From sequence record SRR20825010_765: 56,820 nt of DNA, one strand, 5' to 3'. The notes under the pieces were generated by a model, which ran no database searches, had not been told where the DNA came from, and saw only the letters and a list, made by a program, of their open reading frames with translations. The stretch's first letter is position 1. Each line of letters starts with the position of its first letter. Below are positions 19,573 through 30,507 of this stretch, in pieces. Both the position numbers and the translations under genes were made by a program.

Positions 19573-20955
19573 ATGTTATCCCGCCGCCAGGAACTTGCCG
19601 CTCAACTTACCCTCGCTCTGCCGATTCTGGGTGGGCAACTGGCGCAAACGGCCAACGGCTTCGTGGACACCATGATGGCCGGGCGTGTCAGTGCCAATGA
19701 CCTGGCCGCAGTGGCGGTGGGCGCCAGCATCTGGGTACCGCTGTTCCTGTTTATGACCGGCGTGCTGATGAGCGCCACCCCGGTGCTGTCCCGGCATCTG
19801 GGCGGCGAAGCTTATCATCGCATCAACCCCCTCGCCCAGCAGGGGCTCTGGCTCGGCCTTGGGCTGGGCGTTCTCTGCGCGCTGATTCTGCGCAGCATTG
19901 CCCCGGTGCTGGTATGGATGAACGTGGACCCGGCTATCCGGCCCATGGTCAGTGGTTATCTGGATGCGCTTAGCTGGGGCATGCCCGGGGCCGCTGTGAT
20001 GCTGGCCCTGCGCAGTTATACCGAAGCCATGAACCATACCCGCCCAGTGCTGCTGATCAGCGTGATCGGCCTGATGATCAACATCCCCAGTAACTATGTC
20101 CTGATCCACGGTAAGCTCGGCTTCCCGGCCATGGGTGGCGTGGGCTGTGGCTGGGCCACCTCGCTGGTGATGTGGTCCATGGCACTGATGATGATGATCT
20201 ATACCCACCGCCACCCGGTGTACCAACACGCACCATTAAACCTGCGCCAACGGCATTTTGAACGGGCCAGCCTGGGCTATATGTTGCGCTTGGGGCTGCC
20301 CGTGGGCCTGTCGATATTCTTTGAGGTCAGCATCTTCGCGGTGATTGCTCTGCTGATTGGCAGCCTCGGCGCCCAGGTCGTCGCCAGCCACCAGATTGCG
20401 CTCAACTTCACCTCCCTGATTTTCATGGTGCCGCTGAGTTTCGCCTTGGCCGCTACCGTACGAGTGGGGCACGCCCGGGGGCGTAGCGACAGGGAGGGTA
20501 TTCGCGTGGCCGTGCAGGTGGCCATGGCAATCACGCTGGTGGTCGGCATCGCCGCCGCCTCCAGTCTGGTGCTGGCCCGCCACTGGATCCCCCGTATTTA
20601 TACCGACAACGGTTCGGTAATTGCACTGGCCAGCTACCTGCTGCTGTTCGCCGCCCTGTACCAGGTTTCCGACGCCCTGCAGGTGTGCGCCAATGGCTGC
20701 CTGCGTGGCTTTGAAGACACCGGTTGGCCCATGGTGATGACCCTGCTGGCCTACTGGGGCATCGGCCTACCCATCGGCTATGGTCTGGCGCTGACTCACT
20801 GGTGGGTGGAGCCCATGGGGCCCGCCGGGTTCTGGATCGGTCTGGTGGCCGGGTTGACCAGTGCCGCTGTTTTTCTGGGCTGGCGCTTGCGCTGGCGCCT
20901 CACTCAGCCGCTACCGGCGGCGCAGACTACGCCGCAGAATGACCTGGCCGCCTGA
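19573..20955 (+). CDS. MATE family efflux transporter (NorM-like)
   Basis: FVDT.MAG, DLAAVAVG, GGVGCG.AT, HQIALNF, YQ.SD..Q. Confidence 0.92.
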   Translation: MLSRRQELAAQLTLALPILGGQLAQTANGFVDTMMAGRVSANDLAAVAVGASIWVPLFLFMTGVLMSATPVLSRHLGGEAYHRINPLAQQGLWLGLGLGVLCALILRSIAPVLVWMNVDPAIRPMVSGYLDALSWGMPGAAVMLALRSYTEAMNHTRPVLLISVIGLMINIPSNYVLIHGKLGFPAMGGVGCGWATSLVMWSMALMMMIYTHRHPVYQHAPLNLRQRHFERASLGYMLRLGLPVGLSIFFEVSIFAVIALLIGSLGAQVVASHQIALNFTSLIFMVPLSFALAATVRVGHARGRSDREGIRVAVQVAMAITLVVGIAAASSLVLARHWIPRIYTDNGSVIALASYLLLFAALYQVSDALQVCANGCLRGFEDTGWPMVMTLLAYWGIGLPIGYGLALTHWWVEPMGPAGFWIGLVAGLTSAAVFLGWRLRWRLTQPLPAAQTTPQNDLAA

Positions 20956-21039
20956 CCCCGGGTTCCCTCGCTTTACAGTCTTTACACCCCGCCGACGTAC
21001 CGGTGGCGTCATTTGCATTTTCTTTGCACGGTTTCTGTA

Positions 21040-21058
21040 GATAATAACCATTCTCATT
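21040..21058. promoter_or_regulatory. Putative Fur box upstream of the DUF3649-PepSY-DUF3325 operon
   Basis: GATAATAACCATTCTCATT resembles GATAATGATAATCATTATC. Confidence 0.7.
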
Positions 21059-21083
21059 CTTATTGGCTTGCATCTACATTCCT

Positions 21084-21350
21084 ATGACTCCACTTTCGAT
21101 CACCTCCCGCACCTTGGCCGCGGCCCTGGGGGGCTATGGGCTAGGCGCCCTGTCTGCCATGGCCTTGGCCGTTACCCTGCCCGTGGCTCGCGACCAGGCC
21201 GTCATCATCGGCATTATGCTGTCGTTCCTGCTGTGTAGCGGTGCGGCAATCTGGGCGTTTTCTGCGCGTTCGGCCTGGTACGCCTGGGCCGGCATTCTGG
21301 CACCCTGTCTGTTGCTGGGCGGTCTTTACCTGTGGGGCCGGCCCGCATGA
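21084..21350 (+). CDS. DUF3649-like membrane protein (iron-uptake associated)
   Basis: SR..AA..GGY, W.F..RSA..AW; precedes PepSY gene. Confidence 0.75.
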   Translation: MTPLSITSRTLAAALGGYGLGALSAMALAVTLPVARDQAVIIGIMLSFLLCSGAAIWAFSARSAWYAWAGILAPCLLLGGLYLWGRPA

Positions 21351-22972
21351 AAAAATCATTTCGCCAATCCATGGCCTGGCTACACACCTGGGCCGGGTTA
21401 TTGCTGGGCTGGCTGCTGGTCGCCATTTTCATCACTGGCACCAGCGCCTATTTCCGTGAAGAAATCACCCTGTGGATGCAGCCCGAACTGCATGATTCCA
21501 CCCTGCAACCGGACACCGTCGATAAGGCTCTTGCGGCCTTGAATGCCAAGGCACCGGATGCCCGCTCCTGGGACATCAGTTTGCCCGGCCCCCGTCACAC
21601 CGCCGCTGAATTACGCTGGCAACCGGCCAAACAGCCAGAAACCGAAGGACGTCGGCGTGGCGAACAAATGCTGATGGATGCGGATAGCGGTGAAATTGTC
21701 TCTCCGCGCGCCACCCGCGGCGGCAATTTTCTCTATCGTTTCCATTTTGAGTTGTACGGAATTGATCGCCTCTGGGCGCGGTTACTGGTTTGCCTGGCTA
21801 CCCTGTTCATGCTGATTGCCATTATCAGTGGGGTCATTACGCACAAGAAGATCTTCAAGGATTTCTTCACCTTCCGCCCCGGCAAGGGGCAACGCTCCTG
21901 GCTCGACGCCCATAACGCCACCGCGGTACTCGCCCTGCCCTACCATTTCATGATCACTTATTCCGGCCTGCTGCTGTTTATGACTTTGATCATGCCCTGG
22001 GGCATTGACGCGGCGTATCAGGGTGACCGCCGTGCGTTTTTCTCCGAGGTATTTTCCCGCGGGGAAGACGCGGCTCGCCCTGGTGCCCCAGAGGCGATGG
22101 TGGCTATAGGGCCACTGATCGAACAAACCGAAACCCGCTTCGGCAAGCCGGTAACGCGCATTCAGATCAGCAACCCCAATCGGGACAACGCGCAAATCAC
22201 CTTGCGGGTAAACCGGGATCCTGCGGTCACCGATCGCCAGCGCGGTGGCGATCCGACGCAAGTATTTCTGGGCAATACCGGCGAGCTGATCGACACACAC
22301 ATCCCCGCCAATGATCCGGTTTCACCGGGCTGGCGCATCTATAACTTCTTTACCAGTGTGCACATGGCGCGTTTTGCCGATCCGCTAACCCGCTGGCTGT
22401 TCTTTCTGTTCGGTGTCGCCGGTTGTGCTATGACTATCACCGGCATGCTGCTATGGGTGAGCAAACGGACCCAGCAATTACGCCGGGATCAACAGCCCGA
22501 CCGGGCACTGAAAATGGTCAATGGGCTGAACATGGCCTCCATTACCGGGTTGATGCTCGCCATTGCTGCCTACTTCCTGGCCAACCGCTTGCTGCCGGTT
22601 ACCCTGGAGGCCCGGGAGAGTCGGGAAATCCAGGTGTTCTTCCTGGCCTGGCTGGTATCACTGGTGCACGGTTTGTTGCGCCCCCATCGCCAGGGATGGG
22701 TTGAACAAGTCGGCGCAACCACAGTGCTGTGGTTCGCCGTGCCCATCATCAACATGCTTACCACTGAGTCACACCTTTTCTCTGCCCTGGCTTGGCAGCA
22801 TCCGGCCATCGCCAGTTTTGATCTGGTCTGCCTGATTCTCGCTGGCCTGGGGGGCTATACCCTGTGGCGCTTGCAGCGCAAACCCGTGCCGGCCAAACCG
22901 CGCCGGGCCCGGCCACCCCGAGCCGCTAACACCAGCACCACCGGCCAAACACCTGCCGGAGAAACACAATGA
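21347..22972 (+). CDS. PepSY-associated TM helix protein (iron-regulated membrane protein)
   Basis: FRQSMAWLHTWAGL, FLYRFH, SWLDAHN. Confidence 0.88.
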   Translation: MKKSFRQSMAWLHTWAGLLLGWLLVAIFITGTSAYFREEITLWMQPELHDSTLQPDTVDKALAALNAKAPDARSWDISLPGPRHTAAELRWQPAKQPETEGRRRGEQMLMDADSGEIVSPRATRGGNFLYRFHFELYGIDRLWARLLVCLATLFMLIAIISGVITHKKIFKDFFTFRPGKGQRSWLDAHNATAVLALPYHFMITYSGLLLFMTLIMPWGIDAAYQGDRRAFFSEVFSRGEDAARPGAPEAMVAIGPLIEQTETRFGKPVTRIQISNPNRDNAQITLRVNRDPAVTDRQRGGDPTQVFLGNTGELIDTHIPANDPVSPGWRIYNFFTSVHMARFADPLTRWLFFLFGVAGCAMTITGMLLWVSKRTQQLRRDQQPDRALKMVNGLNMASITGLMLAIAAYFLANRLLPVTLEARESREIQVFFLAWLVSLVHGLLRPHRQGWVEQVGATTVLWFAVPIINMLTTESHLFSALAWQHPAIASFDLVCLILAGLGGYTLWRLQRKPVPAKPRRARPPRAANTSTTGQTPAGETQ

Positions 22973-23331
22973 CGATGGCCTTGTCGCTTTTTCTCGCCCT
23001 GGCACTTGCCTATGCAGGCCTTACCAGTCTGTCTCTGGCCATGAAACGCCACCATGATCAGGTGATGGGCCGCAAACTCCAGCCGGAACGCGTGCGCTAT
23101 TACCGTTGGCCCGGCTGGTTGTTACTGGGGGGATCGCTGCTGGTAACGCTGACGGTCTGGCCCCTGGGACTGGCCTTGTTTATGGCCGTAGGGTTGGTGG
23201 CGGTAGCGGGTTTACCATTGGTATTTTTGTTACCGTATCGGGCGCGACTGGCAGGCCAACTGGCTGTGGCTTTACCGGTACTGGCAGTGTTGTGCTGGTC
23301 GACTGTGCCACTGGCTGTCGGCGGCTGGTGA
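22969..23331 (+). CDS. DUF3325-like membrane protein
   Basis: LSLAM.RH..Q motif, follows PepSY gene. Confidence 0.75.
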   Translation: MTMALSLFLALALAYAGLTSLSLAMKRHHDQVMGRKLQPERVRYYRWPGWLLLGGSLLVTLTVWPLGLALFMAVGLVAVAGLPLVFLLPYRARLAGQLAVALPVLAVLCWSTVPLAVGGW

Positions 23332-23335
23332 AAAA

Positions 23336-23812
23336 TCAGAGTGGCTGCGGATCATCCACACAAGCCGTGGCCAGCAAACGTCGGTAATAGTCGGCACTGA
23401 GCCAGGGCCGGCCGCTGAGCAGATGATTCAGGTACCAGCGTTCCGGCCGCAGATCCTCGGCTTGCCACTCAGCATTTGCGATATAGACCCAGGTATGCAG
23501 TTCTCCTGCCTCGGTCTTCACCGCCAGCCGCTCACGCCGATAACGTACCGGGTGGCCCTCGAATGGATCCATACGTTCGATTTCACGATGATCCCAAAGC
23601 TGGTACAAGACGCCCTGCACCTCTGCCCCGTCATGGTCCGCGTTGACGATATTGGCGTAGGCAATGCCTTCTTTTCCATGAGCGCGCTTGTTAAACGCCA
23701 GTTGCCAACCGGTCAGTTGCGCCCGCAACGATTGCCGGTAACGCATGCCACGCACCGCCATTCGTGTCGGGTTCATGTTCGACCCATAGGCAAAGTAATA
23801 ATCACACTCCAC
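23336..23812 (-). CDS. Gamma-glutamylcyclotransferase family protein
   Basis: YFAYGSNM, GVLY, D..EG; GTG start 6 nt after AGGAG. Confidence 0.85.
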   Translation of the reverse strand: MECDYYFAYGSNMNPTRMAVRGMRYRQSLRAQLTGWQLAFNKRAHGKEGIAYANIVNADHDGAEVQGVLYQLWDHREIERMDPFEGHPVRYRRERLAVKTEAGELHTWVYIANAEWQAEDLRPERWYLNHLLSGRPWLSADYYRRLLATACVDDPQPL

Positions 23813-23963
23813 ACATCGCTCCTGATTATTGCTCGACGCCGGACGACGTACGCCTGCGCCATCCTCTCTGCACAAAACACATTACCCGATTATTTCCTGA
23901 ATAATGGTTCTCCCCCAAAAGGAGGCACCGCACTGGCAAGCTCCTCTCGGCCTAAGGGGGTTT

Positions 23964-24122
23964 ATGTCAGGCATCCGGCATCGAGCGTTAGGCAAAGTGC
24001 GAAACAAGGCTACCAGGAAATATCACCAGCAGGCAGGCGCCCTCTTACCCGCGGCGAGCCAATTTTATCCCACGCAAACCGGTTATCTGCACCCGCTTGC
24101 ATGGCATCGCATGACAGGCTAA
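23964..24122 (+). CDS. Putative small basic protein (52 aa)
   Basis: TAAGGGGG RBS then ATG; MSGIRHRALGKVRNKATRKY...HPLAWHRMTG. Confidence 0.4.
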   Translation: MSGIRHRALGKVRNKATRKYHQQAGALLPAASQFYPTQTGYLHPLAWHRMTG

Positions 24123-24201
24123 CGTGAATTAACGGGCCGTGCTGAACGATCCGCTGTGATCGTGCTCGCGTCCCCCCAAGGAAACGTACCGGGAGGTGCC
24201 C

Positions 24202-24888
24202 ATGTTTCAGGCGAACCGGCAACACCCTGGCGGAAACAATGTTGTTTCCTTCTCTCCACGCCGCAAAGCGGCCAAGCCCCCCATTTTGCGTTTATCCCCG
24301 GAATACGATGGCATTGAACTGCTGTATGCCAACGATCATCACCCCGACAAACTGTTCTCACTGAAGATTCTGGCTTGGGCGAGACTGGCCAATGGCGACA
24401 CCGTGGCCATGGTTCCCTGGCTCAAGGAACCGGTCACCGCCATGGCCCTGGCCGACCCGCTGAATGGCCGCTGGGAAGGTTACCGTCTGCCCGGCAGCGA
24501 TTACCTGTTCGTGGATGCGCCGGAACACAAGGTGCAGGAAATGGATGCGGCCCTGTCGTTCTTCGGCAAGCCACAACCCGGCGAACAGGCCATTCAGGAG
24601 ATCCCGGATACCATCGGCACCCATGCGGTCTTTTCGGAAGACAACTTCCACACCATCAGCCTGATGGAAGTGGTGAGCTGGAAGCTGTTTGCCGATGGCA
24701 CCCTGTCAGCCATGGTGGCACAAGAGAACGACCCGGTTGAGACACCGATTCTGCCCGGCGCAGAATGCCTGACCACCGCACAATCGCTACCGGCCTTCCG
24801 GTATTTCTTCCAGCACGGCATTGCCAACAAGTTAAAGGAGAGAGACCCGGAAGCACTGGCGGCGGTGGCCATGCTGGCAAAAAGCTGA
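24202..24888 (+). CDS. Hypothetical protein with an internal repeat
   Basis: GGGAGG RBS, host-like codon usage, 228 aa. Confidence 0.75.
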   Translation: MFQANRQHPGGNNVVSFSPRRKAAKPPILRLSPEYDGIELLYANDHHPDKLFSLKILAWARLANGDTVAMVPWLKEPVTAMALADPLNGRWEGYRLPGSDYLFVDAPEHKVQEMDAALSFFGKPQPGEQAIQEIPDTIGTHAVFSEDNFHTISLMEVVSWKLFADGTLSAMVAQENDPVETPILPGAECLTTAQSLPAFRYFFQHGIANKLKERDPEALAAVAMLAKS

Positions 24889-24951
24889 ACGAAGGTGAAC
24901 CAGTGCGATGAGAAGCGCTGTATGAGCGCGTGATCACCACGAGGGACGCGC

Positions 24952-25191
24952 TTACCCCTCTTTCTTTTGTATCCAGTACAGGAATAGCTCGCCGTCGCGT
25001 TGCTGATCGACCAAGGTGTGGCCAAGGAATTGGCAAAATTTAGGAATATCTCTCTCAGTAGAAGGGTCTGTGGCACGCACTTCCAGCACCTCGCCAGGCC
25101 CCATGTCCCGCACCTTATTGTGCAGCATCATCACCGGCTCAGGGCACAATAGGCCGGTGGCGTCGAGTTCGTGTTGGGCATCCAGTGACAT
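24952..25191 (-). CDS. tusA: Sulfur carrier protein TusA
   Basis: [25 protein letters not shown]. Confidence 0.93.
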   Translation of the reverse strand: MSLDAQHELDATGLLCPEPVMMLHNKVRDMGPGEVLEVRATDPSTERDIPKFCQFLGHTLVDQQRDGELFLYWIQKKEG

Positions 25192-26452
25192 CAGGGCTCT
25201 CCTCGTGGCGCACCATGGGCAACCACCGGTGGCTGCCAGAAAAAGGCAGCTATTATAACGGCTGCACTGAGAATCGCAGCCAGCAAGAAGTGAGACGCAT
25301 ACCCCAGCCAGGCCACACTGAAACCGCTGGCCAGTGTGAACGCCCCTACCGCGAACAATTGCACCGACGCTTGCACTGTATAGTCGCTGCCTTCATGTCC
25401 GGCGCGGCAGTAATCCATCATCACCACAAACAGCGCCACCGTCGACAGGCCGTCTGCCAATTGTTCGAACAGCGCCACCACCCAGATCCACGACTCCGGC
25501 GGCGGGGTGTCTGCCCCCCAAGTTGCCACCCACCACCAGCCAATAAACGACAGCGCCTGCAAACCGGCAAACCCGAACAGGGCTACACCGCGACTTACCC
25601 GCACCATTATCAGCCCCGCCAAACCGGCCCCCGCCAGCCCGACCAATGAAGCCACCAGGTCCAGTGTGCCGATTTCTGCCAGAGTCCAGTGACTATCGAC
25701 CAGGAAGGGTTTGATCATGCGGGTGCCAAAACCATCCCCCACTTTGTAGCCAAGCAGAATAACCAGCCAGACAGCTAAACCCGGCCGCCGCCAGAACAGG
25801 GCCAACTGGCGCAGCCACCAGCGCAGGGTCACTGGTTTGCGTGGGCGTACGGGTTCAAGGGGCTCATCAAATCGCCAGGCGGTGAGCGCCACCAGCAGCA
25901 GCATCGCAACAATGGTAAACAGCGTAGCTTGCCAGCCCAGCCTGCCGACCAGAATCAACAAGGCGCCGCTGCCCAGAATCATCCCGACCTTGTAACCAAT
26001 GACCTGAACACTATTGCCAGGCCACGCAGCCGCGGCGTCAACAGTCGGGCGGCCAAACCATCGGTGGCAATGTCTTGGGTAGCACTGAACAGATTGAGCA
26101 AAAACAGCATCACAATCAGGACGGCAAACCCTGCGCCGAACAACCAGGCCTGAGGCAACATGGCGGCCGCTGTCAGCACGGTCATCACTCCGGCCAGGCC
26201 GACCAGAATCCAGCGTTTTCGGTGATTGGAGCGGCCGCTGCCCCAGCGATCGACCCAAGGCGCCCAGATAAACTTCAGCGCCCAGGGCAAGGCCGGCAAT
26301 GCCAGCAGGCCAATCCATTCCGGCGACAGCCCCGCATCACGGGCCAGTGCTGGCATGGATTTCCCCAGTAACCCTGCGGGCAGACCCTGGGCGAAATACA
26401 GCATGCCCAGGGTGGCAAACAAAGGGGCGGCCCGACCGCGCCCGGTACTCAC
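25191..26452 (-). pseudogene. AmpG/RhtX/FptX-like MFS permease with a single-base frameshift near 26017
   Basis: LYFAQGLP, PWALKF.WAP.VD and SATQDIATDG in one frame; NS.Q..GY..G onward in another; one added base restores about 420 aa. Confidence 0.8.
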
Positions 26453-26454
26453 CG

Positions 26455-27516
26455 TCAATAATCCCGGTGGAAGCTGGCCCACACGGTGATTTCTTCACGG
26501 TCGTAATACAGGTGGGCGGCTTTGATCACTGGTTCACCCAAATGCTCCATGCGCTCCATGGCTGTGGTGAGCTTTTCCAGCAGCTGCCAGGTTTCCTGGA
26601 AACGACGTTTCATCGGCAATTTCAGATTAAACAGAGCAGCATTGGCCCAGCCCTGGGTGAGCCACTTTTCCATTTGCTGCAGGGTACGGGCGGGCTTGTC
26701 CACCACATCGCATACCACCAGGTCCACCTTGCTGCGCGGACGCCAGGTGAACGCATCCCCGGACACATGCTGCACCGGGTATTCATCCAGCAGGCGCGGA
26801 TCCATCTTGCCGTGATCCACCGCTTGAACACGAATCCCCCGCCGGGCCAGCTGCCAGCTCCAGCCGCCCGGAGCGGCGCCCAGGTCCACCGCCGTCCTGG
26901 CATTCAGTGCATCGGCACTGCCAAAGAAGCGGATCAGGGCTTCCTCTACTTTCAACGCAGAGCGGCTGGGCGCCTCTGCAGGCAATCGCAAGCGCAGCAC
27001 CCCGCCTTCCACCAGTGGTATCGCGCTGGGGCTGGTGCTGACCCAGCCGTTGTGGGAGTCACTGAAGAAAAGGTGAACCCGTTGTTTTGCCTTTGCTCGC
27101 AGCAAACCGGCTTTTTTCAAACGGGGTTCCAGCGCCTTGCGGAAACCCCGCAGGAAACGCTGTAATTCACGGCCTTCATTGGTATCCGGGTGCTCCAGAT
27201 AGAGTTCGGAAAACGGCCCGGCCTGCTCCAGCAGAGGCCACAGTGCGGTAATACGGTCATCCCCGATATCCAAAAACTCGCCCACACACACGCTCAAGGT
27301 ACGCGCAAAGATCAGCCCGCTATCCTGCAGGCTGGCCAGCGACCCCTGCTGGCTGTGCCACAGCACATACCCGCTGTTTGCGGTGGCACGGGGATAACCC
27401 GCCACCATCTGGTCTGCCGCATGGAAATTCAGTTCGGCAGCCAGGTCCGTTTCAAAACCCGGCCGGCACAGGGCCAGCAGGGTCTCGGACTGGGAATTCA
27501 ACAAGTCACTGTGCAT
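26455..27516 (-). CDS. rlmM: 23S rRNA (C2498-2'-O)-methyltransferase
   Basis: [40 protein letters not shown]. Confidence 0.93.
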   Translation of the reverse strand: MHSDLLNSQSETLLALCRPGFETDLAAELNFHAADQMVAGYPRATANSGYVLWHSQQGSLASLQDSGLIFARTLSVCVGEFLDIGDDRITALWPLLEQAGPFSELYLEHPDTNEGRELQRFLRGFRKALEPRLKKAGLLRAKAKQRVHLFFSDSHNGWVSTSPSAIPLVEGGVLRLRLPAEAPSRSALKVEEALIRFFGSADALNARTAVDLGAAPGGWSWQLARRGIRVQAVDHGKMDPRLLDEYPVQHVSGDAFTWRPRSKVDLVVCDVVDKPARTLQQMEKWLTQGWANAALFNLKLPMKRRFQETWQLLEKLTTAMERMEHLGEPVIKAAHLYYDREEITVWASFHRDY

Positions 27517-27576
27517 GAAGGTCTCGCGCTGGTTACAATGTGGCCCATTGTCCTTATCACAACGGCTGGATCAATA

Positions 27577-28233
27577 ATGAAAATAACACTGCCGCTGACT
27601 CTGGGCCTCTGTGCCTTGATTCCCCTCGCTCACGCTGACGAAGAACTGGCCCCACCGGATGTGGATTTCTACGCTGAAGCCCAGATGCTCCGGGCCGACA
27701 TGGACCCGTACGGATTCGATACGGCGGACGGGCTGAATATTAAGATTGGTATGTGGCTAAACAGTGTAACGCTGGGAAAAAACAGCCGTTTCGGGCTGGA
27801 AGGCGGTTTTGTCAGCCAAAGCGAAGTTTCCAATGACAGCCAGTTTACCCGTACACCCAGTGTGTCCGAGCAAAACGCCGGGGCAAGCTCCGTGCGGGTA
27901 CAGGAAGAAAATTCTCTGGATCTGGGCGGCTTTACGGTCGGCGCGCTGTGGCAATCGCCTTACTGGCTCTACCTACGAGGCGGCGGCTACATTTACAATT
28001 TCAAGCAGGAAAACCGTCAGGACAGAATATTACTGGACGGTAGCGGTAACACTGTCAGCACGGTAAATGACGCCCCCGTCAGCGATAGCCAGAGCGGTAT
28101 TGCCCCCTATCTGGGCGCCGGACTTGCCGTTCCCCTGCTCGACAACCTTTCCCTGACCGTGGATTACCAGCAGACCCAGCTTGAGTCTGAAAGCTACGGC
28201 ACCATGGGCATTGGCCTGCGTTATAGCAATTAA
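27577..28233 (+). CDS. Outer membrane beta-barrel (OmpA-like 8-strand) protein
   Basis: Signal peptide (AHA), amphipathic strands, PYLGAG, C-terminal GIGLRY. Confidence 0.7.
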   Translation: MKITLPLTLGLCALIPLAHADEELAPPDVDFYAEAQMLRADMDPYGFDTADGLNIKIGMWLNSVTLGKNSRFGLEGGFVSQSEVSNDSQFTRTPSVSEQNAGASSVRVQEENSLDLGGFTVGALWQSPYWLYLRGGGYIYNFKQENRQDRILLDGSGNTVSTVNDAPVSDSQSGIAPYLGAGLAVPLLDNLSLTVDYQQTQLESESYGTMGIGLRYSN

Positions 28234-28236
28234 GCC

Positions 28237-28310
28237 GCAACACGCAGGACGCTACACGCTTGCACGCGAGGGGATTCTCTTGGCGTGATGCGTGTAGCGT
28301 GCAGCCTGCT
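28237..28310. repeat. Heptamer-based palindromic element between convergent genes
   Basis: AACACGC AGGACGC TACACGC ... GCGTGAT GCGTGTA GCGTGCA. Confidence 0.6.
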
Positions 28311-28314
28311 CGCG

Positions 28315-29187
28315 TTATTTCACAAACACCACCGTCTTGTTGCCGTCCACGATCACCCGGTCTTCCAGATGCCAGCGCACTGCGCGCAGCATCACTTGGC
28401 GCTCCACATCTTGCCCCAATGAGCGCAATTCCGCCGCTGAATGACGGTGGCTGACTCGCTGCACGTTCTGCTCGATAATCGGCCCCTGATCCAGGTCTTC
28501 CGTCACATAGTGGCTGGTCGCGCCGATCAGCTTTACGCCCTTGTCATGAGCCTGCTGATAAGGGTTCGCCCCCACGAAGGCCGGCAGGAAGGAGTGATGA
28601 ATATTGATCACTCGATGCGGGTAATGGGAGACAAAATTCGAACTGAGAATCTGCATGTAACGGGCCAGCACCACCACATCCACCTTGCCATCGAGTTTGG
28701 CCAGGGTCTCAGCTTCCGCCTCGGCCTTATTGTCTGCATTGACCGGGATATGATGGTACTCGATGCCGAAACGCTCCACTTCTTCGCGCAGATCATCGTG
28801 ATTGCTGATCACCATGGGAATAGTGGCAGGCAGATCGCCCCGTGAGGTGCGCCAGAGCAGATCCATCAGCACATGATCGTGCCGTGACACCAGCACCGCC
28901 ATGCGTTTTTTCTCGCTGGCGTAACTGATCTGCCACTGCATGCCGTAAGGCTCGGCGACGCGGCTGGCGAAATTATTACGCAACGCTTCCCGGGAGCAAT
29001 CCAGTTCTGGTGTCTGGAACTCCAGGCGCAGGAAGAAGGTGCCGCCATGGGCATCACTGGAATGCTGATCGAAATCGGTGATGTTGGCACCGTGGTTGTA
29101 CAGGAAGGTACTCACCGCGCTGATGATTCCGGGCTTATCCGGGCAGGTCACCAGCAGACGTGCCGTGTCGGCATCATTAACTGTCAT
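28315..29187 (-). CDS. purU: Formyltetrahydrofolate deformylase
   Basis: ACT domain CPDKPGI, LARYMQIL, INIHHSFLP, DLDQGPIIEQ. Confidence 0.95.
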   Translation of the reverse strand: MTVNDADTARLLVTCPDKPGIISAVSTFLYNHGANITDFDQHSSDAHGGTFFLRLEFQTPELDCSREALRNNFASRVAEPYGMQWQISYASEKKRMAVLVSRHDHVLMDLLWRTSRGDLPATIPMVISNHDDLREEVERFGIEYHHIPVNADNKAEAEAETLAKLDGKVDVVVLARYMQILSSNFVSHYPHRVINIHHSFLPAFVGANPYQQAHDKGVKLIGATSHYVTEDLDQGPIIEQNVQRVSHRHSAAELRSLGQDVERQVMLRAVRWHLEDRVIVDGNKTVVFVK

Positions 29188-29234
29188 GAACGTCTCAGGG
29201 CTAATCGTTAGTGAGAGCAAGCATGGTGAACCTG

Positions 29235-30254
29235 CTACAGGTTGACGCCAAAATGCTCTCGACGGAAATTGGACGGCGTTTTCCCGGTCCACTTTTTGAA
29301 GGCCCGGTGGAACGAGCTGGCTTCACTAAAGCCCATCAGCAACGCGATTTCGTCGATGCTGAGATCCGGCTTGGAGAGATAATACACCGACGCATCCTTG
29401 CGGATGGCATCCTTGATCTCCTGGTAGCTGGTATTAGCTTCCTTGAGTCGACGCCGCAGGGTCTGCGGGGTCATGTTCAGCTTGCCGCAAATCTCAGTGA
29501 AGTCCGGGAAGCTGTTGCCGTATTCGTTGGAAATGATCGCGCGAATCTGTGCCGGCAGGCCCACATTGTGGATATTGCCATCGAAGATTTGGGCCAGAGA
29601 GTCCTTGAGGAATTTCGACAGGGACAGTTCGTTCTGTACCAAGGGCAATTCCAGAAAATCTGCCCGGAAGGTCACCGCATTCTGGTCAGCCATATACTCG
29701 ATGGGGCAATCAAACAGGAACCGGTGCTCCTCGTCGTTACGCACGTCCGAATAATCCAGCGTCACCTTCTGGGGCTCAATGGCTTTGCCCACCAGCCAGC
29801 ACATAAAGCGAAGCCAGATAAACAGGGAGGCTTCGATAATCACCTCCCGGAAGTCCAGACGCGGATCGGCGACAACAACCAGCCGAGCCACATCACCATC
29901 GCGCTCAATCCGGGACTGCAGGCTCAATTCGAACAAATCGTAGAAACGGATACCCCGCTCCACCGCAGCGCCCAAATTCGGGCAATTGATCACAGCGTGG
30001 GCCATCATGGAGAAGGTGCCGGGCTTGGATTTCCGACCCTGCCCAAAACCCAGAAATTCGTCCTGGGTCTGGGTCATGATGAGCAACATCATGCGAATGA
30101 AGGTATCGCGCTCAATGGTAGCGTCCGGATCATCCAGCATTTGCCGTGGAATACCGCACTTGTCCAGAATCTCTGGAATGCTGGCGCCGGAACGTGCCGC
30201 GCCCTGCAGCAACTTCACCACACGGTTAATATTGATCGTTCTGCGATGGTACAT
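29235..30254 (-). CDS. AraC family transcriptional regulator (OruR-like)
   Basis: TLRRRL.E, IA.L.GFSE.SSFHRAFK.WTG..P. Confidence 0.92.
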   Translation of the reverse strand: MYHRRTININRVVKLLQGAARSGASIPEILDKCGIPRQMLDDPDATIERDTFIRMMLLIMTQTQDEFLGFGQGRKSKPGTFSMMAHAVINCPNLGAAVERGIRFYDLFELSLQSRIERDGDVARLVVVADPRLDFREVIIEASLFIWLRFMCWLVGKAIEPQKVTLDYSDVRNDEEHRFLFDCPIEYMADQNAVTFRADFLELPLVQNELSLSKFLKDSLAQIFDGNIHNVGLPAQIRAIISNEYGNSFPDFTEICGKLNMTPQTLRRRLKEANTSYQEIKDAIRKDASVYYLSKPDLSIDEIALLMGFSEASSFHRAFKKWTGKTPSNFRREHFGVNL

Positions 30255-30507
30255 CGACCTCCACCCTCACACCTTAGGCATTGCTATTAAGCGAAACCGT
30301 AGCCGTCAGCATTGTCATCGGCACGTTTATTGTTTGCCGGCCTGCTGTTTTCAAAGAGCCCGGGAGCGTCAATCATAAAGAAACTGGCCGGAATTAACAT
30401 ACTGTCTACGGCGTCAAAACCGTTGCATTATGATTCTGACTGGAAAAACCACCCTTCACGCAGATTTCACCCTTGTTATCCCGCGCTGTCTACGATAAAA
30501 ATCACTA

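Noticed and set aside
27190-27576. N-terminal extension of the beta-barrel ORF
   Set aside because: Overlaps rlmM in antisense; the signal peptide starts at 27577
29211-30290. 359-aa ORF opposite the AraC gene (similar shadows at 12535-13530, 45596-46711 and 53197-54135)
   Set aside because: Fully overlaps well-supported genes on the other strand
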